Shown piece by piece: positions 28,825-39,293 of a stretch of DNA of 57,705 bases. The stretch covers positions 1 through 57,705 of the IMG/VR virus record IMGVR_UViG_3300010289_000001; one strand, written 5' to 3'. Source of the stretch: a virus. Lineage: Duplodnaviria; Caudoviricetes. The position numbers and the translations under genes are program-made. Each line of letters begins with the position of its first letter. Within the stretch, counting starts at the first letter, position 1. The notes beneath the pieces were generated by a model, which was not told the origin of the DNA, searched no databases, and saw only the letters and a program-made list of their open reading frames with translations.

Positions 28825-30783
28825 TTATTGGATGAAGAAATTCAACTCAATTTGTTCAACAACTCTGGTTGGTTGTAATGTAACATTTACATGAAATTTT
28901 TTGGTTTTCTTTTCATATTCAGTTGCGCCAACATCAACTGAATAATTATAAAGACCACGTTTCTTTCTAATAACTTCCAAAAATTCTACAAGCTGTGTTG
29001 CAACTTGACCCCATGTAATTTCATCATTTTGTTCAAAAATGAAGAAACGACAGAAGTCTTCAAATGCTCTCTTAATATACAGAACTAATCTAACGATATT
29101 TAAATCTTGTAAAGCACTTGCTTTAGCTTGAGTTGTTAGTTGACCCCAAACTACATAACCAGGATTAAACTTAACAATTGGATTCAATTGTTTTAAATAA
29201 AGCTGATCTCTTTCGCCTAGTTTTGGATTAAATCTTAAATCCTTAATGTTATCAATTGTTGCTCTATTAAATCCTGCTGCTGCAAACCATAGTTCAGCAA
29301 CATTATCATTTCTTGGTAAAATATAGGACATGTGGAATACAGGAGAAACCCACATATCGACTCCAGTAAATGGATCATAAACTTTACTAAATGGCTCATA
29401 AAGAGCTGCAAAATATGTGTTATATGTATGTACATTTCTTCTTGCATTTAATGATAGATTTACATTAGCATTATCGCCATTATCTAGAATACAAACACAA
29501 TCGCGTCTAGTTCTAGCTAATGTAACAATTGCAGACTTAACATCATCTGGATAACCGCAGTCAAATACCATTGACATATAATAATTTTCAGTATCTAAAA
29601 CTTTATCATCAATAATTCCGCTGTATGCTTTAACTAATAGTTGAGTTGCCTCATTAGCATTTAAAGTACCATCTGGCTGAATTAAATCTCCATCAGTACC
29701 TTTTCTAAAAGGAACTGGTTCTGAACTAATAAATGCATCTGCAATATTACCATATGATTTTTTAATTCTGTATTCAATAGAACTTGTTGGATCAAACTCT
29801 GTAACATTTCCATTCCATTTTTGTGTTGCTCCTGAGATAATTCTGCTATCATAAACATTAATTGATTCATCATATGAACCAGTTGCAGCACCCAACCATC
29901 CCCAAATTTCATTTCCTCTTGCATCTTTTGCAATAACTACATAATTATATTCGCTTCCTGAAATTGTTTGCCAGTCACTAAAATCCTGTTTATTATCGGT
30001 TAATGATGCAGAACCGTTTGTTAAATCTACTGAAGTAGACCCAATTTCTTTATCATACACTCTAACATTAATATCATAACCATCTGAATATCTATTTGTA
30101 TCCGGGTCTATAACCATTTCTGCCCTTAGCACACTTGAATAGAATGCTAGAACATCTTGAATCCACAGAGAATCTCCATTAATATCTCTTGCTAATGGAT
30201 TAAAAGAAACCTCAAAAGATTCAATAATAACATCTTCAGAATCTGATTGTTTCTCATAAATATCTAATGTGTAGACATCCCAAAGAGTTGGATTAGCTGC
30301 TTCTGTCAATCTAACTGAAAGTTTATTATACCACTGACCTCTACCAATTGGATAAAGAATACAAATTGGATATCTATCTCCAGTTTTTATCAGATTTGTA
30401 GAAATTTCCTCTTTAGAATTTATATTGTTCAAATATGAAATTTGAAATCCTGCTGTTGTATCTAATGAACCAAACAAACAATCAATGCTTATATTCGCAT
30501 ATGAAGCATTATCTGATAGAACTCTCATAAAATAAAGAGCTCCTGATTCGCCCAAATAATTATATGCGCAATATGGGCCTTGACCGTAATTTTTACCATA
30601 AACTGTAATATTTGGTTCGCCAAACTCAGAAATAAAATCCGATCTCCCTCCGATGAACTTTAGTACGTTATCCTCTCCCTTTTCAGTTAGAGCAGCAATA
30701 AATCCAATAGTTGAGGGAACAGCTTGTGCGAATGTTGATAGATCTATAATCTTAGTATACACACCTGGAGAAACATTAGCCAT
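28825..30783 (-). CDS. Contractile tail sheath protein
   Basis: SPGVY N-terminus, WFAAAGFNR, LNPI, WGQLT, LNIVRL, FEQNDEITW, LQPTRVVEQI. Confidence 0.93.
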   Translation of the reverse strand: MANVSPGVYTKIIDLSTFAQAVPSTIGFIAALTEKGEDNVLKFIGGRSDFISEFGEPNITVYGKNYGQGPYCAYNYLGESGALYFMRVLSDNASYANISIDCLFGSLDTTAGFQISYLNNINSKEEISTNLIKTGDRYPICILYPIGRGQWYNKLSVRLTEAANPTLWDVYTLDIYEKQSDSEDVIIESFEVSFNPLARDINGDSLWIQDVLAFYSSVLRAEMVIDPDTNRYSDGYDINVRVYDKEIGSTSVDLTNGSASLTDNKQDFSDWQTISGSEYNYVVIAKDARGNEIWGWLGAATGSYDESINVYDSRIISGATQKWNGNVTEFDPTSSIEYRIKKSYGNIADAFISSEPVPFRKGTDGDLIQPDGTLNANEATQLLVKAYSGIIDDKVLDTENYYMSMVFDCGYPDDVKSAIVTLARTRRDCVCILDNGDNANVNLSLNARRNVHTYNTYFAALYEPFSKVYDPFTGVDMWVSPVFHMSYILPRNDNVAELWFAAAGFNRATIDNIKDLRFNPKLGERDQLYLKQLNPIVKFNPGYVVWGQLTTQAKASALQDLNIVRLVLYIKRAFEDFCRFFIFEQNDEITWGQVATQLVEFLEVIRKKRGLYNYSVDVGATEYEKKTKKFHVNVTLQPTRVVEQIELNFFIQ

Positions 30784-30878
30784 TTTATTTTTTTCCTCCG
30801 AAAAAATTATTTTTCTCTATTAATTTTTAACTCTATTTATAATTCTTCTTTTTTTTCTAGGTCTAATGTTTAAAATCC

Positions 30879-31565
30879 TTAAAAATATAGAAACCATGCA
30901 AAAATCAATCTTCTATCTGATGTTTTTACAATTGATGGGAACGTTACTCTAGCAAAAATATGAAATGGACCCCCATACCCTCCTACATTACTTTCTGAAG
31001 TATATAATGCAGCTTCGCTTAACTGCTTTCCATTTGCATCTCCTGATGCAATTGCGATAGAAACTTTAACTATTAAATATTTATCATTATTTAAATTATC
31101 TACGTTAAATTCAATACTTTCTAATGGCTTTTTATAAAATCCTTCTTCAGGGTAACCAGGCTCAACAATATGGTAATCGGCACATGAAGCATCTGTAGGA
31201 TTTATCATAACTCTTGAAGCCAAATCAGTATTAGTAATAGTTGGTGGTGCTGGATTAAATGGGTCTCCTGGAATAACCCCTCCATCCCCAAGACCAAACC
31301 AAGAAATAAACTCACTCTGACTAGGAGATATAAATGGATTTGCCAAATTAAAAGCTCTAGATGCCAACCATTCCCTTCCCATGTATAAAACTAAATTATT
31401 TTTACCAACTAATTGTTTTGTACCATTATCTAAAACGTCATAAATTTCTACATATCCTTTTGGAGATCTTTCTTTCGCATTTTTTCTATTCATCGAATCA
31501 CAAATACAATCTTCGCCGTATTTCTCTTGAATTATGATCTCTGTAGTTTTGATTTTATTTTGCAT
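30879..31565 (-). CDS. Tail-collar/baseplate-associated structural protein
   Basis: NLVLYMGR, GLGDGG, LSEAALY, FARVTFPSIVKT typical of tail-fibre attachment proteins. Confidence 0.6.
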   Translation of the reverse strand: MQNKIKTTEIIIQEKYGEDCICDSMNRKNAKERSPKGYVEIYDVLDNGTKQLVGKNNLVLYMGREWLASRAFNLANPFISPSQSEFISWFGLGDGGVIPGDPFNPAPPTITNTDLASRVMINPTDASCADYHIVEPGYPEEGFYKKPLESIEFNVDNLNNDKYLIVKVSIAIASGDANGKQLSEAALYTSESNVGGYGGPFHIFARVTFPSIVKTSDRRLIFAWFLYF

Positions 31566-31604
31566 ATTGATATCCTTCTATTATAAAAGATATTCTTGTG
31601 TAAT

Positions 31605-31650
31605 TTTGTTCTAAATATACCAAGCAATTAGTATATATATTAATATATGA
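31605..31650. promoter_or_regulatory. Divergent motif B (minus, 31605-31615) and motif A (plus, 31632-31650)
   Basis: TTTGTTCTAAA-N16-TATATATATTAATATATGA. Confidence 0.75.
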
Positions 31651-31686
31651 GAAACCAACTAATTTTTTTAAAAGGAGGCATTAAAA

Positions 31687-31920
31687 ATGCACATCTTGAA
31701 AGTAATTAACAATGGCAGTCCGGTTTATCTTATGAGAGACAAGCCTTTTGACATTCTGAACTTGATGAAAGGATATTCAGTTGAGTTTCGGCAGGATGTT
31801 AAAATTGTTATGGGGTCATTCGATGTTCAGGGTGCTCTATTCATCACTTATCTAGAACAGTTTCAGGGATTCCAGCGAATTGATAATATGATCACTCCAC
31901 TGATTATTAAAAACAGATAA
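31687..31920 (+). CDS. Hypothetical protein
   Basis: AGGAGG SD, downstream of motif A. Confidence 0.7.
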   Translation: MHILKVINNGSPVYLMRDKPFDILNLMKGYSVEFRQDVKIVMGSFDVQGALFITYLEQFQGFQRIDNMITPLIIKNR

Positions 31921-31937
31921 TATGGGGAGGGGAAAAA

Positions 31938-32159
31938 ATGCTATTGTGGTTCCTAGATAAAAATGAAGGAAAATTAGTTAAATACAAAGAATTTGATTCA
32001 CTGGAAGAGGCTGTTGAAATTGCAAACAGTCTCTCATATGATTTCTTTAAAATTACGTCGGAAGAGCACAATCGAGTTCTTAATGGATTCAGAATCTTAG
32101 GTGAATTGATTTGGAGGTTAGAAAGTAATCATCGTTCTTTAACACTAAAGAAATATTAG
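31938..32159 (+). CDS. Hypothetical protein
   Basis: GGAGG SD; followed by a hairpin. Confidence 0.7.
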   Translation: MLLWFLDKNEGKLVKYKEFDSLEEAVEIANSLSYDFFKITSEEHNRVLNGFRILGELIWRLESNHRSLTLKKY

Positions 32160-32191
32160 GAGCGTGTGTTAGTATTAATCACACGCTCCTA
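32157..32191. terminator. Hairpin between convergent genes
   Basis: TAGGAGCGTGTG / CACACGCTCCTA. Confidence 0.7.
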
Positions 32192-32209
32192 GTAGGGCAT
32201 TTATGTTTT

Positions 32210-33055
32210 TTAACTCAATAAGTATGCACCACAGTTGTGGCAATACTTATTTCTGGACGATGATGATGTACCGCATGTCTTACAAACTAACTTTGTTTGT
32301 ACTGTAATAGGTTTCTCAACAACAACTCCGGTGTCTCCTAAACCTTTTAATTGAATAACAATAACTTCAGCTGGCTCAAGTTCTCCAATGGAAGTATAAC
32401 TGAATGCTTGATGAACTTCACTTCCTTTAACTGTAATTCCTTCATCTTTATTTGGTCGATATGATAAATTCTCACCATTAACATTATAACAAGCGTTAAC
32501 TTCACCAATAGGAAAAGAACTATTTTGTACAGAAGCAACTATTTTCCCAGATACCACGTTAGACATTTCTCTAACATTTGTTGTACTACCGTATGTATAA
32601 TATCCCCAACCAGGAGATACTTTGTGTTCATACCATAACCAAGGATAGGTAAAATAAGGATACTTGTAAATTTCATGAATAATTGTTTTTGTAATAACTT
32701 CATGTTTTGGTTTTTCAAATGCAAACTCAACTCTAACTAAACCATCATCTACTTTATCACCGCGATAATCTTGAATTTGTTTTGTTTTTTGAATGAATCT
32801 AAATGCATTTCGAACTACATTCCCTTGCATAAATCCCATTAGTTCTATCGACTCGTTTGGATCTAAAACTAATAGATGATGATCTAACGCATCTTGCTCA
32901 TCAACACTTACTTTAATTACAGCTCTTTTTGTGTTTAGATTTTTTAGAAGGATGGTGTATTCACTTCCAAAAGGTAGATAAACTGCTCCATTTTGAACTC
33001 TTAGAATTTTTCCTGCACATTTTACTTCTGCTACGAATCGATCTTTGTACGTCAT
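32210..33055 (-). CDS. Hypothetical protein with C-terminal zinc ribbon
   Basis: LPFGSEYTILLKN N-domain; CKTCG…YCHNCG. Confidence 0.8.
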   Translation of the reverse strand: MTYKDRFVAEVKCAGKILRVQNGAVYLPFGSEYTILLKNLNTKRAVIKVSVDEQDALDHHLLVLDPNESIELMGFMQGNVVRNAFRFIQKTKQIQDYRGDKVDDGLVRVEFAFEKPKHEVITKTIIHEIYKYPYFTYPWLWYEHKVSPGWGYYTYGSTTNVREMSNVVSGKIVASVQNSSFPIGEVNACYNVNGENLSYRPNKDEGITVKGSEVHQAFSYTSIGELEPAEVIVIQLKGLGDTGVVVEKPITVQTKLVCKTCGTSSSSRNKYCHNCGAYLLS

Positions 33056-33134
33056 GGCCTTTCTCCTTAAAAGATCACAGACTAAGATCTTAAGTATTTT
33101 AGTTTAAAGTCTGTTGGTAGGTGCCCTACATTTA

Positions 33135-33186
33135 TTTGTTCTAAATAATATAGAAAGATACTATATATATATATATTAATTTCTGA
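33135..33186. promoter_or_regulatory. Divergent motif B (minus, 33135-33145) and motif A (plus, 33168-33186)
   Basis: TTTGTTCTAAA and (TA)n-extended TATATATATTAATTTCTGA. Confidence 0.75.
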
Positions 33187-33229
33187 AAGAGGTATAACAC
33201 CAATTTCAAAAAAAGGAGGAAAATTTTCC

Positions 33230-33544
33230 ATGTTTAATTATAGAAAATCAACACCAGCATGCGATAAATGCGGGCAGGCTATGGAACTGGTTGAGAAAAC
33301 CCCAGAAGGGTCTGAAACCTATGCGTGCGGATGGTGCGACCTGGGGGCAAAAGAGTACTTCGCCACAACTTATTACCGACAATTTGTCTGCTGGTACTGT
33401 GGTTTATTTCAAACAGTTGGAGAAGAAAGGAGGTCGGCAACCCCATGCATGGGGCATCACTGTATTAGTTGTGGCAAAGACTTGACAGAGTACTACAAAC
33501 TCATCCATCGCATGCAAAAATTGAACGACGGAGGTATACTATGA
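33230..33544 (+). CDS. Cys-rich zinc-finger hypothetical protein
   Basis: Four CxxC pairs; AGGAGG SD. Confidence 0.7.
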   Translation: MFNYRKSTPACDKCGQAMELVEKTPEGSETYACGWCDLGAKEYFATTYYRQFVCWYCGLFQTVGEERRSATPCMGHHCISCGKDLTEYYKLIHRMQKLNDGGIL

Positions 33545-33879
33545 GTGGTAGGTCATATGCAATAATAAACGATGAAGTCGTCGAGACCACTGGTCAGCCC
33601 GTGCCATTAGTAAAAGGCCTCGAATACATCAAGGGTAAGGCTGAACCTGGGGATCGCCAGAAGTACAACATGAAGGTCGACCCCAGCTTAGTTAGAGAGT
33701 TCATCAAGGGGAAGGAATCTGACCTTGGTCGCACTCCAATAATGGTTTATGATTATTCCGAGCCGCGTTGGGCCAGAAAGATTGATTTGTGGACCGCAAA
33801 CGTGGCTTGCTTTCTACTGGGAGCCGCCTTAACAGGAAGCCTCTACTATTGGAGAGTTCTGAACTTTTTCGCCAAGTAA
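33541..33879 (+). CDS. Hypothetical protein with C-terminal TM helix
   Basis: GGAGG SD before ATG 33541 (ATGA overlap); hydrophobic C-terminus. Confidence 0.7.
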   Translation: MSGRSYAIINDEVVETTGQPVPLVKGLEYIKGKAEPGDRQKYNMKVDPSLVREFIKGKESDLGRTPIMVYDYSEPRWARKIDLWTANVACFLLGAALTGSLYYWRVLNFFAK

Positions 33880-33885
33880 ACGGAC

Positions 33886-33927
33886 AAAAATGGGGGGAGA
33901 TCTAAGGAAAACTCCCCCCATTTTTTT
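33886..33927. terminator. Bidirectional intrinsic terminator
   Basis: AAAAATGGGGGGAG…CTCCCCCCATTTTTTT. Confidence 0.85.
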
Positions 33928-35134
33928 ATCCAAAAATCGGTTTAACAATCTTTGATTTTTCTAATGAATGCTTATAGTTCCTCCAATCATCTTCTATCTG
34001 TTTTGGCCACATATAAAACTTTGCATTGAAGTTTCTTAATAGTCCATTTCTTGAAATATCAGCTTTAACAATATAACCTCCAACTTGTGGATATAACCCA
34101 AGTCTTCTTAAAAACCCTGTTTGTCCTTCAAATGTCCCACACTGCATACCAAAAATTGAACCAAACATTGCTTGCAATTGAATATGCAAATGCCCAGCCA
34201 AAACAAATCTTACGCTAGGTTTTTCTTTGAAATCTCTTGAAATATTTGCTAACTCAGTATATACTACTTGCTCAATTCCTTTTTGCAATCTATAAGAATA
34301 TGAATACGGTGCACCTCCCGCTGGATGCCAGAGCTTTAAATCGACACCTGGCAGTATTGGTATATCAGCATCATCAAAACCCACATAGTGAAAATCAGGT
34401 CGCTGCGCCTCAATGGCCAAAAGACAATTGTGCCCACCTCCTCTTTTGATAAACGAGTAGTCATGATTTCCACCCAACACATACCACTCGAACCCTCGTG
34501 GTAAATTAAGTATTACAGATTCCTCTTGTTCTTCTGCTGATAATGCATATATATCAAATTCTTGGCCTGGATAAACTTTAAAACCAGCACAAAGATCTCC
34601 TGGAGTAAATATATACTTTACATTATTTTTTCTACAGATTTCTGCAAACTCATTTAAAGCTGTAATTTGGCAAGCTTTTGAACCGAAGTGAATATCTGAA
34701 GCAACTCCAAAGATAATCTCTTTATCTTCAAGCGGGGTATCAATTTTTTCTCCATTTGATGTTATATTTGTACTTAAAATTATATTCCTATCATCACAAA
34801 TAATCTCATAACCTTTCTTTCTGAATTTTGTTATTAAATCAAATATTTCATTTGGGGAACAACTTAAACTCTCGCATATTTCATCTCCTGAAATACTTTT
34901 TCTCTTTTCAAGAATTTCAATAAATTTCTCTTCAATGCTTTCTCTTGTTTCTCCTGCATCTTCTAAATCTTTATCTGTTAAAAATTTTTTTACTTTTGAT
35001 ATATATTTATAAAATGTACTAATAGGATATGTATAGTTAAATCTTTCTTTTGCTTCTTCATATATCTCTTTTGTTTGCCTACCATTTAAAATTTGTTGTT
35101 TTACAAAATCTATTAAACCAGGATAAAGCGTCAT
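33926..35134 (-). CDS. Calcineurin-like metallophosphoesterase with N-terminal HTH
   Basis: SDIHFG, PGDL, GGNHD, WHP, AGHLH; HTH-like ISGDEICESL…LITKFRKKGY. Confidence 0.85.
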   Translation of the reverse strand: MTLYPGLIDFVKQQILNGRQTKEIYEEAKERFNYTYPISTFYKYISKVKKFLTDKDLEDAGETRESIEEKFIEILEKRKSISGDEICESLSCSPNEIFDLITKFRKKGYEIICDDRNIILSTNITSNGEKIDTPLEDKEIIFGVASDIHFGSKACQITALNEFAEICRKNNVKYIFTPGDLCAGFKVYPGQEFDIYALSAEEQEESVILNLPRGFEWYVLGGNHDYSFIKRGGGHNCLLAIEAQRPDFHYVGFDDADIPILPGVDLKLWHPAGGAPYSYSYRLQKGIEQVVYTELANISRDFKEKPSVRFVLAGHLHIQLQAMFGSIFGMQCGTFEGQTGFLRRLGLYPQVGGYIVKADISRNGLLRNFNAKFYMWPKQIEDDWRNYKHSLEKSKIVKPIFG

Positions 35135-35198
35135 TAAGTCCCTCCCAAAATTTTAATAGAAAATAATTGAATATACACATTATGCATTATATTATTTT

Positions 35199-35209
35199 TT
35201 TGTTCTTAA
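35199..35209 (-). promoter_or_regulatory. Motif B variant (TAAGAACAAA)
   Basis: Upstream of the minus-strand 35134 start. Confidence 0.5.
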
Positions 35210-35285
35210 AAGTAAGGGTGGTTTCTTTCGTTAACAAAACTCTAGAAAGTCACTATATACAAAAGAAAAAAACTATTTGGTAGGT

Positions 35286-38200
35286 TTACAAGAGGATACG
35301 ATAACCATTTTCTTGAAGCAAATAAAAATTATCTTCTAACAATAAATAATCAGTAATATCTTCAATTGTAATACTTATTAAATCAAAACCATGTGTACAA
35401 TCGAATACTCCTTCTTCGTCAAAATGCCTGAATCCACTTGTTTGAATAAATAAAAATTCATCAAGTTTGTTTTCAGCTCCAACAACTTCCCAAGCTAAAT
35501 AATAATTATTTGAATCAATTGGTGATGAAAATTTTATTTTAAAACTTGTAATTGTTTTTTCAATTACTTGGAAAGGATACATACTTGTTGTTGAGTCAGC
35601 TATATTTATTATTGTAGCAACAACTGCATTATTAGAATTCAGTGTAGGATTAGAAAATACAATTGTTATTTCATCTAAACCATTTGGTAAGTGCTCAACG
35701 CCGCTATTATCTGTTGTTGGAATAATCCAATTTAAAATATAATTATCTGTAGGAATTGGTGATGAAAATTTAACTGTAAAACTATTTATTGTTCTATCGG
35801 TAATTGCAAATAAAAATTGTTCGGATGTTGAATCTGTAGTCTCTAAACTAACAAGTATGGGCGACGTTGTATCTCTTGGACTTGAAAAATTTACAGTTGT
35901 ATAAATATCTCCAGAATTTAGCGCTTTTAATCCAGAATTATTTGGATCCCTGCTTTTAACCCAATCAATTTTATATTCAGGATTTTCAGTCTCATTTGAA
36001 AAATCAATATAAAATCCTAATGCTGTTTTTCCCCTAATCGTATATGCAAGCATTGGAGAAGTAGGATAAGCAACATTACTTATACATGCAACTAACGAAT
36101 AAAACTCATCTGGTTCTGCATCTTCATTTAAATTATAATATGCACTTGCTGCAAAAATTGGAATTGGTTCAACATTACTTTTATATACTCTGTAATCAGT
36201 CTCATTAACAACAAATCCAGTTGTATCAGAAACAGGACATCTTAATGCTTCATAAATATTATCTTGAAATTCAATAAATATATCTCTTGGTAAATCAGTA
36301 ACTGCTCCAATATCATGCCATGATCCACAATCATAATTCTCTCTTGAATAAGTTTGGGTTTCTAGACATGAAGTTGTATCTGCAATGCATATTTCATCCT
36401 GACTAGTTTTATAACGAAATAAACTCCATGTTAAATAATAATTAGTAGAATCGGGAGGAGAATTTATTTTTACTTTAAAATCAGTAGTTGTTTTTTCTAC
36501 AATGGTAAATAAATATTGTGACGAAGTTTCGTCAATTGTATTTACTATTGAAGCAGAAATTGCATAGTATGTATTTTTTTCCTCTGCAGGCAATGAGATA
36601 ATTTGTTCTTCTTCTGTTAAATTTGTATGACCTATAACAGCAGAATCCGGAATAATCCAATTTAAAAAGTATGAAGGACTATCAGAAAGATCAGAAAATT
36701 TAACCTTAAATGACGAAGGAGTTTTATCTATAATCGTATATGCATATTTAGAAGGAATATGTTCTTCTAAATTCTGTAATGAAACAAGCAATGGATAGTT
36801 TGCATTTGGTTTAGGATTAAGAAATGATACCTCTACAAAATCATCTGCAAAAACTTGAGAAACTCCTGCTTTATCAACTTCAATAGGTCTAACTAAAAAA
36901 TCTAACCAATATTTTTCATTTTGTGTAGGGCTACTAAATAAAACAGTGAACGAATTTGGTGTCTTGTCAGTTATAAGCAGACCAAAAGATGCGGCGTCAA
37001 CATAAACATCGTATCTAGACGACATTGTTACTACAACAGAATAATCTCCTGCAATTTCATCAGGGAGATGAACTATTATACTAGAAGTATCAGGAGGTAT
37101 TGGAGCACTAACTTTAATCAAATCTAAAAGATGTGAACTAAAGCATTCTATATTCCCATTACAACAAGGAGTACTATCACCAGTTAAAAAATCATGAACT
37201 TGTAAATCAACATCAAATGTAGATTCATCGTTGACTATAATTGAATTAAATAATCTACTTGTAAGTTGTAAGTACTCTAAAGGAACTATACGAGTTCTAT
37301 ATGGTTTAAAAAATTCAATAACCTTTCTTAGGTTATTAAACATTGAGTCTATACCAAACAGAATATAACTAATATTAGTAAAACCAAAACTCATATATGA
37401 TCTAATCCATTCACCAAGATCATTTAAGAGACTTCCCAAAACTTCTTCTAAACTTACAGCTAGTGTATCAAGATTATTTTTCACAGTTGGATTCAAGGTA
37501 GCTAAAACATTGCCAGCATCTAAGTGATTTTGTAAAAAATTATTGGCTATAGGCCTTGTAAATACATCTAAATATTTTGAATAAAGTGATTTCCATTCAG
37601 TATGTGTATCAACTCTAATATTGGCAATTGAATCAAATTCATCTAATATACTTTGTACAGTAACATTAGTACCATCATAACATACAAATCTTTGGGCAGG
37701 AGCTCCAACATTCCATATTTTATTAAATGTATAAACGCAAGCAAGATAATTTGTTAAAAATGAACAAACATCACCAGTTATTGATATTTGTGCATCTTGC
37801 GGTAATGTTGGATCTATATCTTCTGGTTTAGATCCTGCAATAACCCATTCACTATATTGATCCTGAACCTTTCTTGATATTATTCCTGTTTCAGCGTCAA
37901 TTGTTTTTTCATCATAAACAGGTTTGATCGCAAAATAGGGAGTTTGAGAAGGAAAGTTAATCTTGTTTATTGTGTGTAGATATTTAATTTGCTCTTTTGT
38001 TTGTAGCCAGTGTGGATCTTTATCTGTTATGAAATTAAAATCAAAATAAAGGATAGAATCATCAACACTTGTTCCTGCAATCTTATTAGTTTTAAATTTT
38101 AAATCATTTGGATTTCCATAAACTCTATCATCGTAAAGAAGAGATAGCTCATATACATCAAGTTTATTTAAACCGTAATACTTTAAAACATCCAATAATG

Positions 38201-38606
38201 ACTGAGGTGTTCCTTTTCTCTTATATAAATTAACCAAATCTAAGAAGAAATTAACTTTAACTAAGGGAGATTCATTACCAGTTGGATATCTTAATGTTGT
38301 TGAGTAAGGGTAACCAAATCCTCTAAATAACTCATCAAGCTGATCATTTGGCATTTTATAAACATCTGAAATGCTAGCCTGATATGTAGTAAGTGTTCTG
38401 TGTGTAGCGTATATATCCCTAATGAAATTTCTTAAACCAAAATAGTCACGTGTAGAAAATGCAGACTGATCAATAACAGTAGAAAATAATCTTTCAGCTG
38501 TTGTCCTTTCACTTTTTGCTATTGATATTATAGCTTCAGTAATTTCATCTACATCATTGCCCTGAACAACTTCTAAAAGTTTCCAAAAGTCATTAATGGT
38601 GAACAT
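35286..38606 (-). CDS. Baseplate wedge (gp7/gpI-like) protein with six C-terminal beta repeats
   Basis: LYKRKGTPQSL motif; six KT..SF.V.FSSP…Y.L.W repeats. Confidence 0.65.
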   Translation of the reverse strand: MFTINDFWKLLEVVQGNDVDEITEAIISIAKSERTTAERLFSTVIDQSAFSTRDYFGLRNFIRDIYATHRTLTTYQASISDVYKMPNDQLDELFRGFGYPYSTTLRYPTGNESPLVKVNFFLDLVNLYKRKGTPQSLLDVLKYYGLNKLDVYELSLLYDDRVYGNPNDLKFKTNKIAGTSVDDSILYFDFNFITDKDPHWLQTKEQIKYLHTINKINFPSQTPYFAIKPVYDEKTIDAETGIISRKVQDQYSEWVIAGSKPEDIDPTLPQDAQISITGDVCSFLTNYLACVYTFNKIWNVGAPAQRFVCYDGTNVTVQSILDEFDSIANIRVDTHTEWKSLYSKYLDVFTRPIANNFLQNHLDAGNVLATLNPTVKNNLDTLAVSLEEVLGSLLNDLGEWIRSYMSFGFTNISYILFGIDSMFNNLRKVIEFFKPYRTRIVPLEYLQLTSRLFNSIIVNDESTFDVDLQVHDFLTGDSTPCCNGNIECFSSHLLDLIKVSAPIPPDTSSIIVHLPDEIAGDYSVVVTMSSRYDVYVDAASFGLLITDKTPNSFTVLFSSPTQNEKYWLDFLVRPIEVDKAGVSQVFADDFVEVSFLNPKPNANYPLLVSLQNLEEHIPSKYAYTIIDKTPSSFKVKFSDLSDSPSYFLNWIIPDSAVIGHTNLTEEEQIISLPAEEKNTYYAISASIVNTIDETSSQYLFTIVEKTTTDFKVKINSPPDSTNYYLTWSLFRYKTSQDEICIADTTSCLETQTYSRENYDCGSWHDIGAVTDLPRDIFIEFQDNIYEALRCPVSDTTGFVVNETDYRVYKSNVEPIPIFAASAYYNLNEDAEPDEFYSLVACISNVAYPTSPMLAYTIRGKTALGFYIDFSNETENPEYKIDWVKSRDPNNSGLKALNSGDIYTTVNFSSPRDTTSPILVSLETTDSTSEQFLFAITDRTINSFTVKFSSPIPTDNYILNWIIPTTDNSGVEHLPNGLDEITIVFSNPTLNSNNAVVATIINIADSTTSMYPFQVIEKTITSFKIKFSSPIDSNNYYLAWEVVGAENKLDEFLFIQTSGFRHFDEEGVFDCTHGFDLISITIEDITDYLLLEDNFYLLQENGYRILL

Positions 38607-38615
38607 TAAATCTCC

Positions 38616-39293
38616 TTATACTGGAGGGCATGGTTGAATCAAAGAAGGAGCCCTATTGACCATAAAATTAAAATAAGCATCTATAACATATGACTCAAAT
38701 AAAGAACACAACATACTTTTTGGATGCATATCACAAACAGAAATTAAATCCAAATTATTATATAACTCATAATTACCATATATTTGCAATTGCAAATATA
38801 GATAAATTAATTTAGATAAACAAGTTCCCAATGAATCATAGCTCGCATATAAAACAGTAAATTCGCCAGTAGAATCTACTATAATACTTGTCGATGTTGA
38901 ATCTATTATTATAATTGATGTTGAATCCATTCTATAAGATAACAAAGCATCTAACATAATTAAATCGTCGTTAGTAAGTTCAAAAATATTTTCTCCTGAT
39001 GAATCTATATTTACATATTGCCACATACCTGGATAAATTTGTAATCTTCTTGATGCCTCTGGAGGTACACAAAAATAATCACTAACCAATGAATATTTAT
39101 ATTCATAAAAATCTAAAGAATATTCATCATTAAATAAAACATTAATAAATGATTGTTCTGGAAATTTAATTGGTCTAATATCAGTTGGAGGGGGGATTCT
39201 ACCTTTATTAACTACAGATTTCAAAACAAACTTTCTATACCAATGTTGTAATTCAGGTACTAGGGTATAACCTGTAAAAGATATTGCCATCAA
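38616..39293 (-). CDS. Hypothetical (probably structural) protein
   Basis: 225-aa ORF in the minus-strand operon. Confidence 0.7.
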   Translation of the reverse strand: MMAISFTGYTLVPELQHWYRKFVLKSVVNKGRIPPPTDIRPIKFPEQSFINVLFNDEYSLDFYEYKYSLVSDYFCVPPEASRRLQIYPGMWQYVNIDSSGENIFELTNDDLIMLDALLSYRMDSTSIIIIDSTSTSIIVDSTGEFTVLYASYDSLGTCLSKLIYLYLQLQIYGNYELYNNLDLISVCDMHPKSMLCSLFESYVIDAYFNFMVNRAPSLIQPCPPV

